The notes under the pieces are model-generated. The model saw only the letters and a program-made list of their open reading frames with translations, did not search any database and was not told where the DNA came from. Below, one piece after another: positions 57,097 through 63,807 of a DNA stretch of 64,000 nt (its first letter is position 1; each line of letters starts with the position of its first letter). Made by a program: the position numbers and the translations under genes. Source of the stretch: a virus. The DNA is taken from IMG/VR virus record IMGVR_UViG_3300032579_000011, positions 1 through 64,000 of that record; one strand, given 5' to 3'.

Positions 57097-57170
57097 TGGT
57101 GCTTCTGCGTGGAATCAAACCACGGTAGATCGATTATCAGTCGATTATTCTATCATTGAATTACAGAAGC
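57097..57170 (-). tRNA. tRNA-Ile(GAT)
   Basis: ATCGA-CTGATAA-TCGAT; CCA. Confidence 0.85.
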
Positions 57171-57176
57171 ATTAAA

Positions 57177-57201
57177 TGGTGCCGGATGAGAGATTCGAAC
57201 C
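57177..57201 (-). pseudogene. 3' fragment of a disrupted tRNA
   Basis: GTTCGAATCTCTC-ATCCGGC-ACCA; acceptor complementary to the fragment at 57440-57465. Confidence 0.7.
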
Positions 57202-57204
57202 GCC

Positions 57205-57350
57205 TAAAATCTCATTTATTATATTTAGACCCTAAAAACGAATATCTTATAAAGACAGATATTAATAAAATTATAAATGCATCAAACCAAAACAATATAT
57301 ATGTAATTGTTATTGGCAAAAAACACATTAATTTAGAGTCAATTAAAGAA
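57205..57350 (+). pseudogene. C-terminal remnant of a PD-(D/E)xK endonuclease
   Basis: YLDPKNEYLI...KI...NNIYVIVI resembles YLDPKNDYLI...KI...NKIKVLIL of ORF 60290-60925. Confidence 0.6.
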
Positions 57351-57351
57351 A

Positions 57352-57425
57352 TGGTAGGGGATAGAGGTAACGCTCCTCTTCTTCCTGCTTGTAAAACAGG
57401 CACTCTACTTTTAAGTTAATCCCCC
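57352..57425 (-). tRNA. tRNA-Val(TAC), atypical T-loop AGCGTTA
   Basis: CCTGT-TTTACAA-GCAGG; CCA. Confidence 0.75.
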
Positions 57426-57439
57426 AAAATTATTTTAGG

Positions 57440-57465
57440 TTGCTCTACCTCTGTGCTAATCCGGC
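57440..57465 (-). pseudogene. 5' fragment of a disrupted tRNA
   Basis: GCCGGAT-TA-GCAC-AGAGGTA-GAGC-A. Confidence 0.7.
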
Positions 57466-57469
57466 GTAT

Positions 57470-57546
57470 TGGCGCGACGGAAGGGAGTCGAACCCTCATT
57501 GCCCTGATTGAAAGTCAGGTTTCCTAGGCCGTTAGAAGACCGTCGC
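57470..57546 (-). tRNA. tRNA-Glu(TTC)
   Basis: CCTGA-CTTTCAA-TCAGG; CCA. Confidence 0.9.
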
Positions 57547-57550
57547 ATAA

Positions 57551-57640
57551 TGGCGGAAAGGGTGAGATTCGAACTCACGGAACCCTTTCAGGTTCGCTAG
57601 TTTTCAAGACTAGAGCCATCAACCACTCGGCCACCTTTCC
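57551..57640 (-). tRNA. tRNA-Ser(TGA)
   Basis: CTAGT-CTTGAAA-ACTAG; long variable arm. Confidence 0.92.
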
Positions 57641-57692
57641 ATTATTCTTTATATAGTATATTCTAAGACTTGTTTAAAGTCAAGCATTATTT

Positions 57693-57768
57693 TGGCACCC
57701 CGTCAAGGACTCGAACCCTGCTCTTCGGTTTTGGAGACCGAAACATCGCCCCTAAATGCTTACGAGGT
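57693..57768 (-). tRNA. tRNA-Trp(CCA)
   Basis: TCGGT-CTCCAAA-ACCGA. Confidence 0.85.
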
Positions 57769-57785
57769 ATTGTTTCTATTTATAA

Positions 57786-57875
57786 TGGCGGAGAGTGAGA
57801 GATTCGAACTCTCGGTAGAGTTTCCCCTACGTCTCGTTAGCAGTGAGGTGCCTTAGACCGCTCGGCCAACTCTCC
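57786..57875 (-). tRNA. tRNA-Ser(GCT)
   Basis: CTGCTAA loop; long variable arm. Confidence 0.88.
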
Positions 57876-57880
57876 ATTAA

Positions 57881-57956
57881 TGGAGCTTCCCCACGGAATC
57901 AAACCGTATCCTCACGTTCTTCAGACGCACGTGCACATCAGTTACACCAGAGAAGC
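57881..57956 (-). tRNA. tRNA-Phe(GAA)
   Basis: TGCGT-CTGAAGA-ACGTG. Confidence 0.8.
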
Positions 57957-57964
57957 ATTAAATT

Positions 57965-58040
57965 TGGATCGGGGAGCAGGGGTCGAACCTGCAGTCTTAC
58001 GGAGTCAAAGGCCGAGATGTTACCATTACACCATCCCCGA
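57965..58040 (-). tRNA. tRNA-Gln(TTG)
   Basis: CTTTGAC loop; CCA. Confidence 0.8.
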
Positions 58041-58053
58041 ACAATTCTTAATT

Positions 58054-58131
58054 TGGTGCCGAGTGGTGGGCGTCGAACCCACTTTAATCAGGATATGAAT
58101 CTGATGCGATAGCCAATACCGCCCCATCGGC
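58054..58131 (-). tRNA. tRNA-Met/Ile2(CAT), bulged acceptor stem
   Basis: TCAGA-TTCATAT-CCTGA. Confidence 0.7.
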
Positions 58132-58146
58132 ATTATTTGTATTTAG

Positions 58147-58222
58147 TGGTACCCGCTCTTGGATTCGAACCAAGTCTACCTGATCCACAATCAAGTGTGC
58201 TGACCAACAACACTAAGCGAGC
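58147..58222 (-). tRNA. tRNA-His(GTG), alphaproteobacterial type
   Basis: CTTGA-TTGTGGA-TCAGG; G1:U72, A73, no G-1. Confidence 0.88.
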
Positions 58223-58227
58223 ATAAT

Positions 58228-58304
58228 TGGTGCCCATGGTAGGACTCGAACCTACAAAACTCGGAGTTTGAAGCCGATACGTATACCAATTCCGTCACAA
58301 GGGC
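58228..58304 (-). tRNA. tRNA-Leu(CAA), short variable loop
   Basis: TCGGC-TTCAAAC-TCCGA; Leu-type D-arm. Confidence 0.8.
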
Positions 58305-58305
58305 T

Positions 58306-58381
58306 TGGCGCTGTTTGAGAGGATCGAACTCCCGACATCCTGATTACTAAACAGGTGCTCTACCAACTGAGCTAAAACAGC
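58306..58381 (-). tRNA. tRNA-Thr(AGT)
   Basis: CCTGT-TTAGTAA-TCAGG; canonical D and T arms. Confidence 0.78.
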
Positions 58382-58388
58382 ATTATAA

Positions 58389-58469
58389 TGGTGCGCCTGG
58401 CAAGACTTGAACTTGCACCCGAAGACCAGTTTCTAAGACTGGCGTGTCTACCTATTCCACCACAAGCGC
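58389..58469 (-). tRNA. tRNA-Leu(TAG)
   Basis: CCAGT-CTTAGAA-ACTGG. Confidence 0.88.
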
Positions 58470-58964
58470 AGATTTTCTTTTTCTCCATGTCATTGTAAAT
58501 GAATGGCAATTTGGGCAAAGACCTTCTAAATTATTTCTATCGTTATTATTCGTATTGCCATCTTTATGTTCTAATTCAAGTTTTATGGGTTGACCTAACC
58601 ACTCAAATATTCCACAGTTATTACATTTAAAGTTTTGTTCTTCAAAAACTCTTCTTCTTTTTTGACCAGAACTAAGATCTTCAAACATTTTTGACAAATA
58701 CAAATTTTCTCTTTTCTTTTTTACTTTTTCTGATATACGGTTTCTAGTTTCTTCATTTATTGCGGAAAGGCGTTTTTCAATATGTTCTTGACTTTGTTTC
58801 TTTCCTTTATTGGATGGAGATCTTCCAATTAATTTTTCACTAACTTTTAAATTAATTTCTTTTCTTTTTGAGAAAGTAGAAAAAGCCGAAGCACATTTTT
58901 TACAACAAAATCTTCCAGAACCATATTCACCTGAATGAGTTTCTTTACAATATTCACATAACAT
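58452..58964 (-). CDS. HNH endonuclease (paralog of 39535)
   Basis: CNNC...LELEHKDG..NN...LCPNCH; stop inside tRNA-Leu(TAG). Confidence 0.85.
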   Translation of the reverse strand: MLCEYCKETHSGEYGSGRFCCKKCASAFSTFSKRKEINLKVSEKLIGRSPSNKGKKQSQEHIEKRLSAINEETRNRISEKVKKKRENLYLSKMFEDLSSGQKRRRVFEEQNFKCNNCGIFEWLGQPIKLELEHKDGNTNNNDRNNLEGLCPNCHSFTMTWRKRKSALVVE

Positions 58965-59021
58965 TTTTGAACCTCCAAAGTAACTTTTATATAAAGTTAT
59001 TTATAAAAGTTCGTTTTTCAG

Positions 59022-59096
59022 TGGAGCGTCGAGCGGGAATCGAACCCGCATCTCTTGGTTGGAAGCCAAGAATAATAACCACTATACTACCGACGC
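59022..59096 (-). tRNA. tRNA-Gly(TCC)
   Basis: CTTGG-CTTCCAA-CCAAG. Confidence 0.9.
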
Positions 59097-59168
59097 GAGC
59101 GGGGAACGAGAATCGAACTCGTACGATTACCTTGGCAAGGTAACAGGCTACCACTACATCACCCCCGC
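59097..59168 (-). tRNA. tRNA-Gly(GCC), no encoded CCA, abuts next tRNA
   Basis: TTACC-TTGCCAA-GGTAA. Confidence 0.85.
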
Positions 59169-59171
59169 ATA

Positions 59172-59238
59172 CTGCTGCTCCGATTCGAACGGCGTTATTC
59201 TCTTGTCGAAATAGTGTTTCCCATCAACACCGACAGCA
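59172..59238 (-). pseudogene. Degenerate tRNA-like element (possibly Val-GAC)
   Basis: TGCTG/CAGCA acceptor, CCG-TTCGAAT-CGG T-arm; poor anticodon stem. Confidence 0.45.
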
Positions 59239-59245
59239 ATTTAAA

Positions 59246-59322
59246 TGGAGGTCAGTGAAGGACTCAAACCCTCAACCTTCGCGTTCGTAGCGCGATGCTC
59301 TATTCAGTTGAGCTAACTGACC
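59246..59322 (-). tRNA. tRNA-Arg(ACG)
   Basis: TCGCG-CTACGAA-CGCGA. Confidence 0.88.
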
Positions 59323-59623
59323 TTTTTCTTTTATTTTTTATTTTTTTCGTAGCTTTCCAAAGCTGTACCCCACTTTTTTCAAGTTTATGAATTTCATTAT
59401 GACAATTTCTACAGACAGGAACTAAATCTATACCTATATGTTCATTTCCAAGACGTTTATATGTTCTATGATGTAAATCTAATGGGACGTTAGACGCTTG
59501 GCAACAATAACAATTCCATTTTCCTTCGCCTTTTATTTGTTTATATAAATTTGAAGAGTAGAAATCTTTTCTCTTTTTTTGCCATTCTTTTGAATTGATA
59601 TAATCATAATATTTCATATACAA
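59300..59623 (-). CDS. Small HNH endonuclease
   Basis: CYCC...LDLHHRTY..LG.E...LVPVCRNCH; stop inside tRNA-Arg. Confidence 0.85.
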   Translation of the reverse strand: MYMKYYDYINSKEWQKKRKDFYSSNLYKQIKGEGKWNCYCCQASNVPLDLHHRTYKRLGNEHIGIDLVPVCRNCHNEIHKLEKSGVQLWKATKKIKNKRKRSVSSTE

Positions 59624-59632
59624 GACTTTCTA

Positions 59633-59707
59633 TGGAGGTGCCTCCCAGAATCGAACTGGGTTCTCAAGGTTTTGCAGACCTGTGCATTGCCATCCTACTC
59701 AGGCACC
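59633..59707 (-). tRNA. tRNA-Cys(GCA)
   Basis: AGGT-CTGCAAA-ACCT; U73. Confidence 0.82.
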
Positions 59708-59905
59708 AATATATTCTATTCTTGGATCACTAGGAGTTGGTTGACCATACCATATGGTTGTATCCATTTCCATAATACGATAGATGCGATATTCTGGATA
59801 ATTTTGTTCAAATAAATTGAAGACATCATTAACAATTTCGACATTACGAACAACACGAGTATGTTGTTTCATATCATAATTATATTGAACGATTACGTCA
59901 GTCAT
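59699..59905 (-). CDS. Hypothetical protein (68 aa) ending inside tRNA-Cys
   Basis: AAAGGA RBS, MTDVIVQY...; TGA at tRNA positions 7-9. Confidence 0.6.
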   Translation of the reverse strand: MTDVIVQYNYDMKQHTRVVRNVEIVNDVFNLFEQNYPEYRIYRIMEMDTTIWYGQPTPSDPRIEYIGA

Positions 59906-59921
59906 ATCAAAATCCTTTAAT

Positions 59922-59997
59922 TGGCTGGGGATCAAGGACTCGAACCTCGGACATCCAGATTCAGAGTCTGGCGTTCTACCAACTGAACTAATCCCCA
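59922..59997 (-). tRNA. tRNA-Gln(CTG)
   Basis: CCAGA-CTCTGAA-TCTGG. Confidence 0.9.
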
Positions 59998-60003
59998 ATA
60001 TAA

Positions 60004-60077
60004 TGGCGATCCTAAAGGGACTCGAACCCTCCTTTACCCGTAGACAGCGGGTAGCCTTCCCTGACGGCAATAGGACC
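60004..60077 (-). tRNA. tRNA-Asp(GTC)
   Basis: ACCCG-CTGTCTA-CGGGT. Confidence 0.82.
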
Positions 60078-60084
60078 ATTAATT

Positions 60085-60157
60085 TGGTTGCGGTCGCTGG
60101 TGACGCTCCAGTTCTCTAGCTTATGAGGCTAGCATGGCACTTTTCCACTACCCCGCA
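60085..60157 (-). tRNA. tRNA-Met(CAT), atypical T-loop AGCGTCA
   Basis: CTAGC-CTCATAA-GCTAG; CCA. Confidence 0.7.
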
Positions 60158-60222
60158 ATAAAATTTATCTAGCAAACAACAAAATCCATTGTACTCGCAT
60201 CATTTTTTGTTTCCTTTTAATA

Positions 60223-60299
60223 TGGTGCTGAAGAAAGGACTCGAACCCTCAACCTTCGCATTACAAGTGCGCTGCTCTACCAATTAAAGCTACTTCAGC
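60223..60299 (-). tRNA. tRNA-Thr(TGT)
   Basis: CGCA-CTTGTAA-TGCG. Confidence 0.9.
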
Positions 60300-60925
60300 A
60301 ATTTAATTATTTCATTCCAACATAGTTGGTTCTTATTCAAGATTAACACTTTAATCTTATTTTGATCACAAACTTTATTTATTTTTTCTTCATCAGAAAA
60401 TCCTAAACTGGGATTATTGTTATTGATCAAATAATCGTTTTTTGGGTCCAAATATATATTATAATCAATCAAATACATATCTGGAGTATATGTTCTATGC
60501 TTACCATTTCTATCAACATAATTAAATTTTTTACAAGTATCCCATCTTATATTATTCTCGTCTAATGATTGTGCAACAATCAATTCATATGTTGAACCAA
60601 GAATTTTATCTTTATATCTTATTCTTCTAGATTGTGAAACGCCACCCAATCCTCTTTCTTTAGCAAGCTTACTCATCTTTATTTTTACAGATTCTGTTTG
60701 ACCTCTTTTTCGATTTGTATCAGCTATTCTTTCTAAAGCTTCTTTGGATATTTTAGGTTTTTGTAAACCTAATTCTTTAGCCTTTTTATATTGATTAGAA
60801 TGTTTTCTGATGCTAAAATCATAAATTCTAATTTTACGATCGGGATTTAATTTACACATTCTTTGATGATTTCTCAAAGAATTATTATTTTTACATTCTT
60901 TATTACAAAAAGTACAAAGTAGCAT
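60290..60925 (-). CDS. Zn-finger + PD-(D/E)xK endonuclease (paralog of 41314)
   Basis: CTFC...NSLRNHQRMC; STYE...YTPDMY...LDPK; stop inside tRNA-Thr. Confidence 0.8.
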   Translation of the reverse strand: MLLCTFCNKECKNNNSLRNHQRMCKLNPDRKIRIYDFSIRKHSNQYKKAKELGLQKPKISKEALERIADTNRKRGQTESVKIKMSKLAKERGLGGVSQSRRIRYKDKILGSTYELIVAQSLDENNIRWDTCKKFNYVDRNGKHRTYTPDMYLIDYNIYLDPKNDYLINNNNPSLGFSDEEKINKVCDQNKIKVLILNKNQLCWNEIIKLLK

Positions 60926-60960
60926 TTTTATCTTTAATATTACGTTGATTTATATTTATA

Positions 60961-61238
60961 ATTATCGTATCAGTTCTCCAGCCCTTTGGGAGCGCGACTT
61001 CCCTATTCACCTTCACAGAATTTTCGCACGTCTGCTAGACACGATAATTATAATTCGCTGTGGTTTTAGAACATTAGGACCACCATCCTAGACTCGGAAC
61101 TTTTCAGCCCGGAATTACCGACTAACCGTGGGTCGGCGCGTGTCTATTAAGCGACAAACCTTAATTATCATATGGTAGAGATTCTAGATTTCTCCTTTAC
61201 CAAGCTACGAGCTTCCTAGCAACTGAGCGACCATATGA
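60961..61238 (-). ncRNA. Three tandem structured non-tRNA elements within the tRNA array
   Basis: Closing stems at 60961-61048, 61055-61154 and 61168-61238; GC-rich; no ORF. Confidence 0.55.
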
Positions 61239-61240
61239 AT

Positions 61241-61372
61241 TTAAATTCCCAAAGACTCGTTTATATATGAAATAGCCTCTTCAATACAAGTTATGGTTTT
61301 TTCATCTTCTATATGTTTATTCTTAAGCATTATTAAAACAAACAAAACTTTTTTAAGCTTCTCATAATCCAT
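61241..61372 (-). CDS. Small hypothetical protein (43 aa)
   Basis: AAAGGA RBS; MDYEKLKKVLF... Confidence 0.5.
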   Translation of the reverse strand: MDYEKLKKVLFVLIMLKNKHIEDEKTITCIEEAISYINESLGI

Positions 61373-61396
61373 AATATATCCTTTATGTTTTTAGAT

Positions 61397-61470
61397 TGGT
61401 GGAGACGGAGAGAATCGAACTCTCAAGTACGCCGTGCAAAAGCGTCAGTTTACCGTTAGCTTACGCCCCC
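61397..61470 (-). tRNA. tRNA-Ala(TGC)
   Basis: TTTGCAC loop; G3:U70. Confidence 0.9.
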
Positions 61471-61475
61471 ATTAT

Positions 61476-61554
61476 TGGCTCCTGTCGTAGGGATCGAACC
61501 TACCTAATCAGTGGTTAACAGCCACGTCCATGCACCAAGCTCGGATTGACAGGA
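61476..61554 (-). tRNA. tRNA-Asn(GTT)
   Basis: GTGG-CTGTTAA-CCAC. Confidence 0.82.
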
Positions 61555-61566
61555 ATAAAACTTTAT

Positions 61567-62151
61567 TTATACGTTAGCGAGAACCTTTTGCGTCTTGAAG
61601 CAAAACCAACAAGTAGAAGGTGTTACTCCGACTTTCTCGTTAACGAGATGGTCTCTAACAGCCTTCATAATTCCTTGATAAGGATCTGCGAAATCGTGTC
61701 CAGCCAACAAACCACCAACTTTAACTTTTGGAAACCAAGCCAAAAGGTCTTTACGAAAAGATTCATAATCGTGAGAAGCGTCAATAAAGACAAAATCCAA
61801 AGACTCATCTTCGTAAAGACTAGCCGATTCTGTGCTATCTCCCTTAATTGCTTCGTAATGACCAACAACAGGCCTCATATTATCCTTAAAAACACCCAAC
61901 AAACGACCCGCCTTATTGTCCGGATCAAACATCTGACCAGGTTCGATAACAGATCCGGTAAAATTATCGATACAATCTAACTTAATATCTTTACCGCTAT
62001 TGATAATTTCTACAGCCAAAAAAGCAGAGCTCTGACCTTTCCAAGTACCTATTTCAACGAAATGAGCCTTGTCGGGCGCAGTATCAACTGCATACTTAAA
62101 CATATCCGGATAATTAAACCAACCTTCAACGTTCTGATAAAAATGTTCCAT
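61567..62151 (-). CDS. Class I SAM-dependent methyltransferase (Methyltransf_24-like)
   Basis: VEIGTWKGQS, DFVFIDASHDY, GGLLAGHD. Confidence 0.88.
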   Translation of the reverse strand: MEHFYQNVEGWFNYPDMFKYAVDTAPDKAHFVEIGTWKGQSSAFLAVEIINSGKDIKLDCIDNFTGSVIEPGQMFDPDNKAGRLLGVFKDNMRPVVGHYEAIKGDSTESASLYEDESLDFVFIDASHDYESFRKDLLAWFPKVKVGGLLAGHDFADPYQGIMKAVRDHLVNEKVGVTPSTCWFCFKTQKVLANV

Positions 62152-62163
62152 ATATAACTCCTA

Positions 62164-62835
62164 TTAATCCGTATCCATAACGATATCGCCCGATACCGCA
62201 ATTCTATAATCATCTGAAGTGTAGAAAGGGTTAACTGAATGACCTAATCCTTTGGGGAACAGACAAATTATACCTTCATAAGGATGATCGACCGGAATAG
62301 GATGACTTCTAACTTGACCAAGAATATCTGTGTAATAAAAGACAAACATTGAAGCACACTTAAGAGTGGCCTTTGGAAAAACCGCTATTTCATCTTGAAT
62401 ATTATAAGGTATCTTCGTCCAGATAACGAAAGAATAAACACCACCATGAATATGATGAGGATGAAATTCGTGCTTCTTTTGGAAGTTAGCCCAAACGTCT
62501 TTAAACTTAAACCGTCTTGGATGCGAAGCAACGTTAACTACTTCGTTGATAAAATGCGGTTGCGATCTATGATTGTGTAAATCTATCAAGCTATTAATAT
62601 AATCCAACAAAACTGGAGAAAGTTCTTTTGTAAAGTCATATTCTCTTGAAATGTTTGCAGTAAGTTTATAACCAGCTTCTACAGAACCTTCAAACTCTTT
62701 CTCAACAGCGCCGTCGGTTACTTCACGAACCTTAGACATTATATCTTCAGGAACTCTATGAAATACAACACCGTTATTAGGGAAAGTATAGAATAAGGCT
62801 TGATCGCCTTGTAAATTAGAAATTTGATCTGCCAT
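62164..62835 (-). CDS. 2OG-Fe(II) oxygenase-like protein
   Basis: WANFQKKHEFHPHHIH...SFVIW...FP..LGHSV.P...RIAVSG. Confidence 0.8.
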   Translation of the reverse strand: MADQISNLQGDQALFYTFPNNGVVFHRVPEDIMSKVREVTDGAVEKEFEGSVEAGYKLTANISREYDFTKELSPVLLDYINSLIDLHNHRSQPHFINEVVNVASHPRRFKFKDVWANFQKKHEFHPHHIHGGVYSFVIWTKIPYNIQDEIAVFPKATLKCASMFVFYYTDILGQVRSHPIPVDHPYEGIICLFPKGLGHSVNPFYTSDDYRIAVSGDIVMDTD

Positions 62836-62883
62836 AATTTGTTCACCTTTAAGTATATTGATCAATATTATTATTTATACGAT

Positions 62884-62962
62884 TGGTAGACCATATCAGA
62901 TTCGAACTGATGTATGACAGAGATTAAGAGTCTCCCGCTAAAACCAACTCAGCTAATGGTCC
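62884..62962 (-). tRNA. tRNA-Lys(CTT)
   Basis: GGAGA-CTCTTAA-TCTCT. Confidence 0.82.
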
Positions 62963-62968
62963 ATAAAC

Positions 62969-63052
62969 TGGTGCCGAGAGTAGGATTCGAACCTACCGTG
63001 TTATAAACGTCCGATTTACAGTCGGGTGCCCGGCCACTTAGGCGGTCTCGGC
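62969..63052 (-). tRNA. tRNA-Tyr(GTA)
   Basis: CCGA-CTGTAAA-TCGG; long variable arm. Confidence 0.85.
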
Positions 63053-63057
63053 ATTAA

Positions 63058-63134
63058 TGGTCGGGGATGCAGGATTCGAACCTGCGACCTCTCGGTCCCA
63101 AACCGAGCGCACTATCAAGCTGTGCTAATCCCCG
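63058..63134 (-). tRNA. tRNA-Pro(TGG)
   Basis: CTCGG-TTTGGGA-CCGAG. Confidence 0.92.
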
Positions 63135-63155
63135 TAAATTTTCTTACGTAGTAAT

Positions 63156-63231
63156 TGGAGGACCCACTCGGATTCGAACCGAGAACCTAGAGATTAAAAG
63201 TCACTTGCACCACCAATTGTGCTATGGGTCC
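63156..63231 (-). tRNA. tRNA-Lys(TTT)
   Basis: CTTTTAA loop; CCA. Confidence 0.88.
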
Positions 63232-63292
63232 AACACATTAAGCTCTGACGACTCTTTTTGTTCAGATCAAGGACATCTGTCCAGCTTAATAA

Positions 63293-63399
63293 TTGTTTCT
63301 TCGTCAGCGTCACGAATACGCTTGTTTCGAGCAAGCCCTTCGGATTCAAGGTCACGACGTTCTAAAGAACTAATACTCGTGACGCTGACGAAGAAACAA
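63293..63399. repeat. Perfect 23-bp inverted repeat in tRNA-array leader
   Basis: TTGTTTCTTCGTCAGCGTCACGA (63293-63315) and its reverse complement (63377-63399). Confidence 0.9.
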
Positions 63400-63425
63400 C
63401 CGAAGTTGTTTCAACGTAATTCCTA

Positions 63426-63479
63426 ACAATGTCAAACAGCCTATAAACTTATATTATCTTAGGAGCGATTTAAAGTCAA
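63426..63479 (-). promoter_or_regulatory. tRNA-array promoter followed by boxA-like element
   Basis: TTGACT-N17-TAATAT, then GCTGTTTGACATTGT. Confidence 0.65.
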
Positions 63480-63497
63480 CCCCTAATTTTACTCATT

Positions 63498-63525
63498 AAA
63501 AAAGGCGGGGATTTCGCCCCGCCTT
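63498..63525 (-). terminator. Rho-independent terminator
   Basis: AAGGCGGGG-CGAAAT-CCCCGCCTTTTTT. Confidence 0.85.
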
Positions 63526-63549
63526 AAGAAGTTCTATTTCTAGAACCTT

Positions 63550-63807
63550 TTAGACGAGACCAGCCGCAATAGCCTTGTATCCTGCGGCGATAACTTGGCG
63601 TGACGGTGTACCGAAACGGTACTTGTTTTTTACCACGCCTTTAGAATTCGTATGCTTATTACAGTAAATCGGATACCCTTCCATACGAAGAGAGTATACA
63701 ACATCATGTGGATTAGCGACGTTATAACGAGCAGAAATCTGCTTAGCAGTAAGCTCTTCGCCGTTAAGGACCAACGCTGTATATACCTTATCAATCTTTG
63801 AATTCAT
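63550..63807 (-). CDS. Winged helix-turn-helix protein
   Basis: GEELTAKQISARYNVANP...LRMEGYPIY; promoter 63835-63863. Confidence 0.7.
   Translation of the reverse strand: MNSKIDKVYTALVLNGEELTAKQISARYNVANPHDVVYSLRMEGYPIYCNKHTNSKGVVKNKYRFGTPSRQVIAAGYKAIAAGLV

Noticed and set aside
57843-58112. + strand ORFs across the tRNA array (also 63067-63426) and the 5' extension of 59699-60079
   Set aside because: They are translations of tRNA sequence.
58228-58304. Opal suppressor or Sec tRNA (TCA reading of CTTCAAA)
   Set aside because: The canonical register gives CAA with a Leu-type D-arm; genes terminate normally at TAA, TAG and TGA, so there is no sign of recoding.
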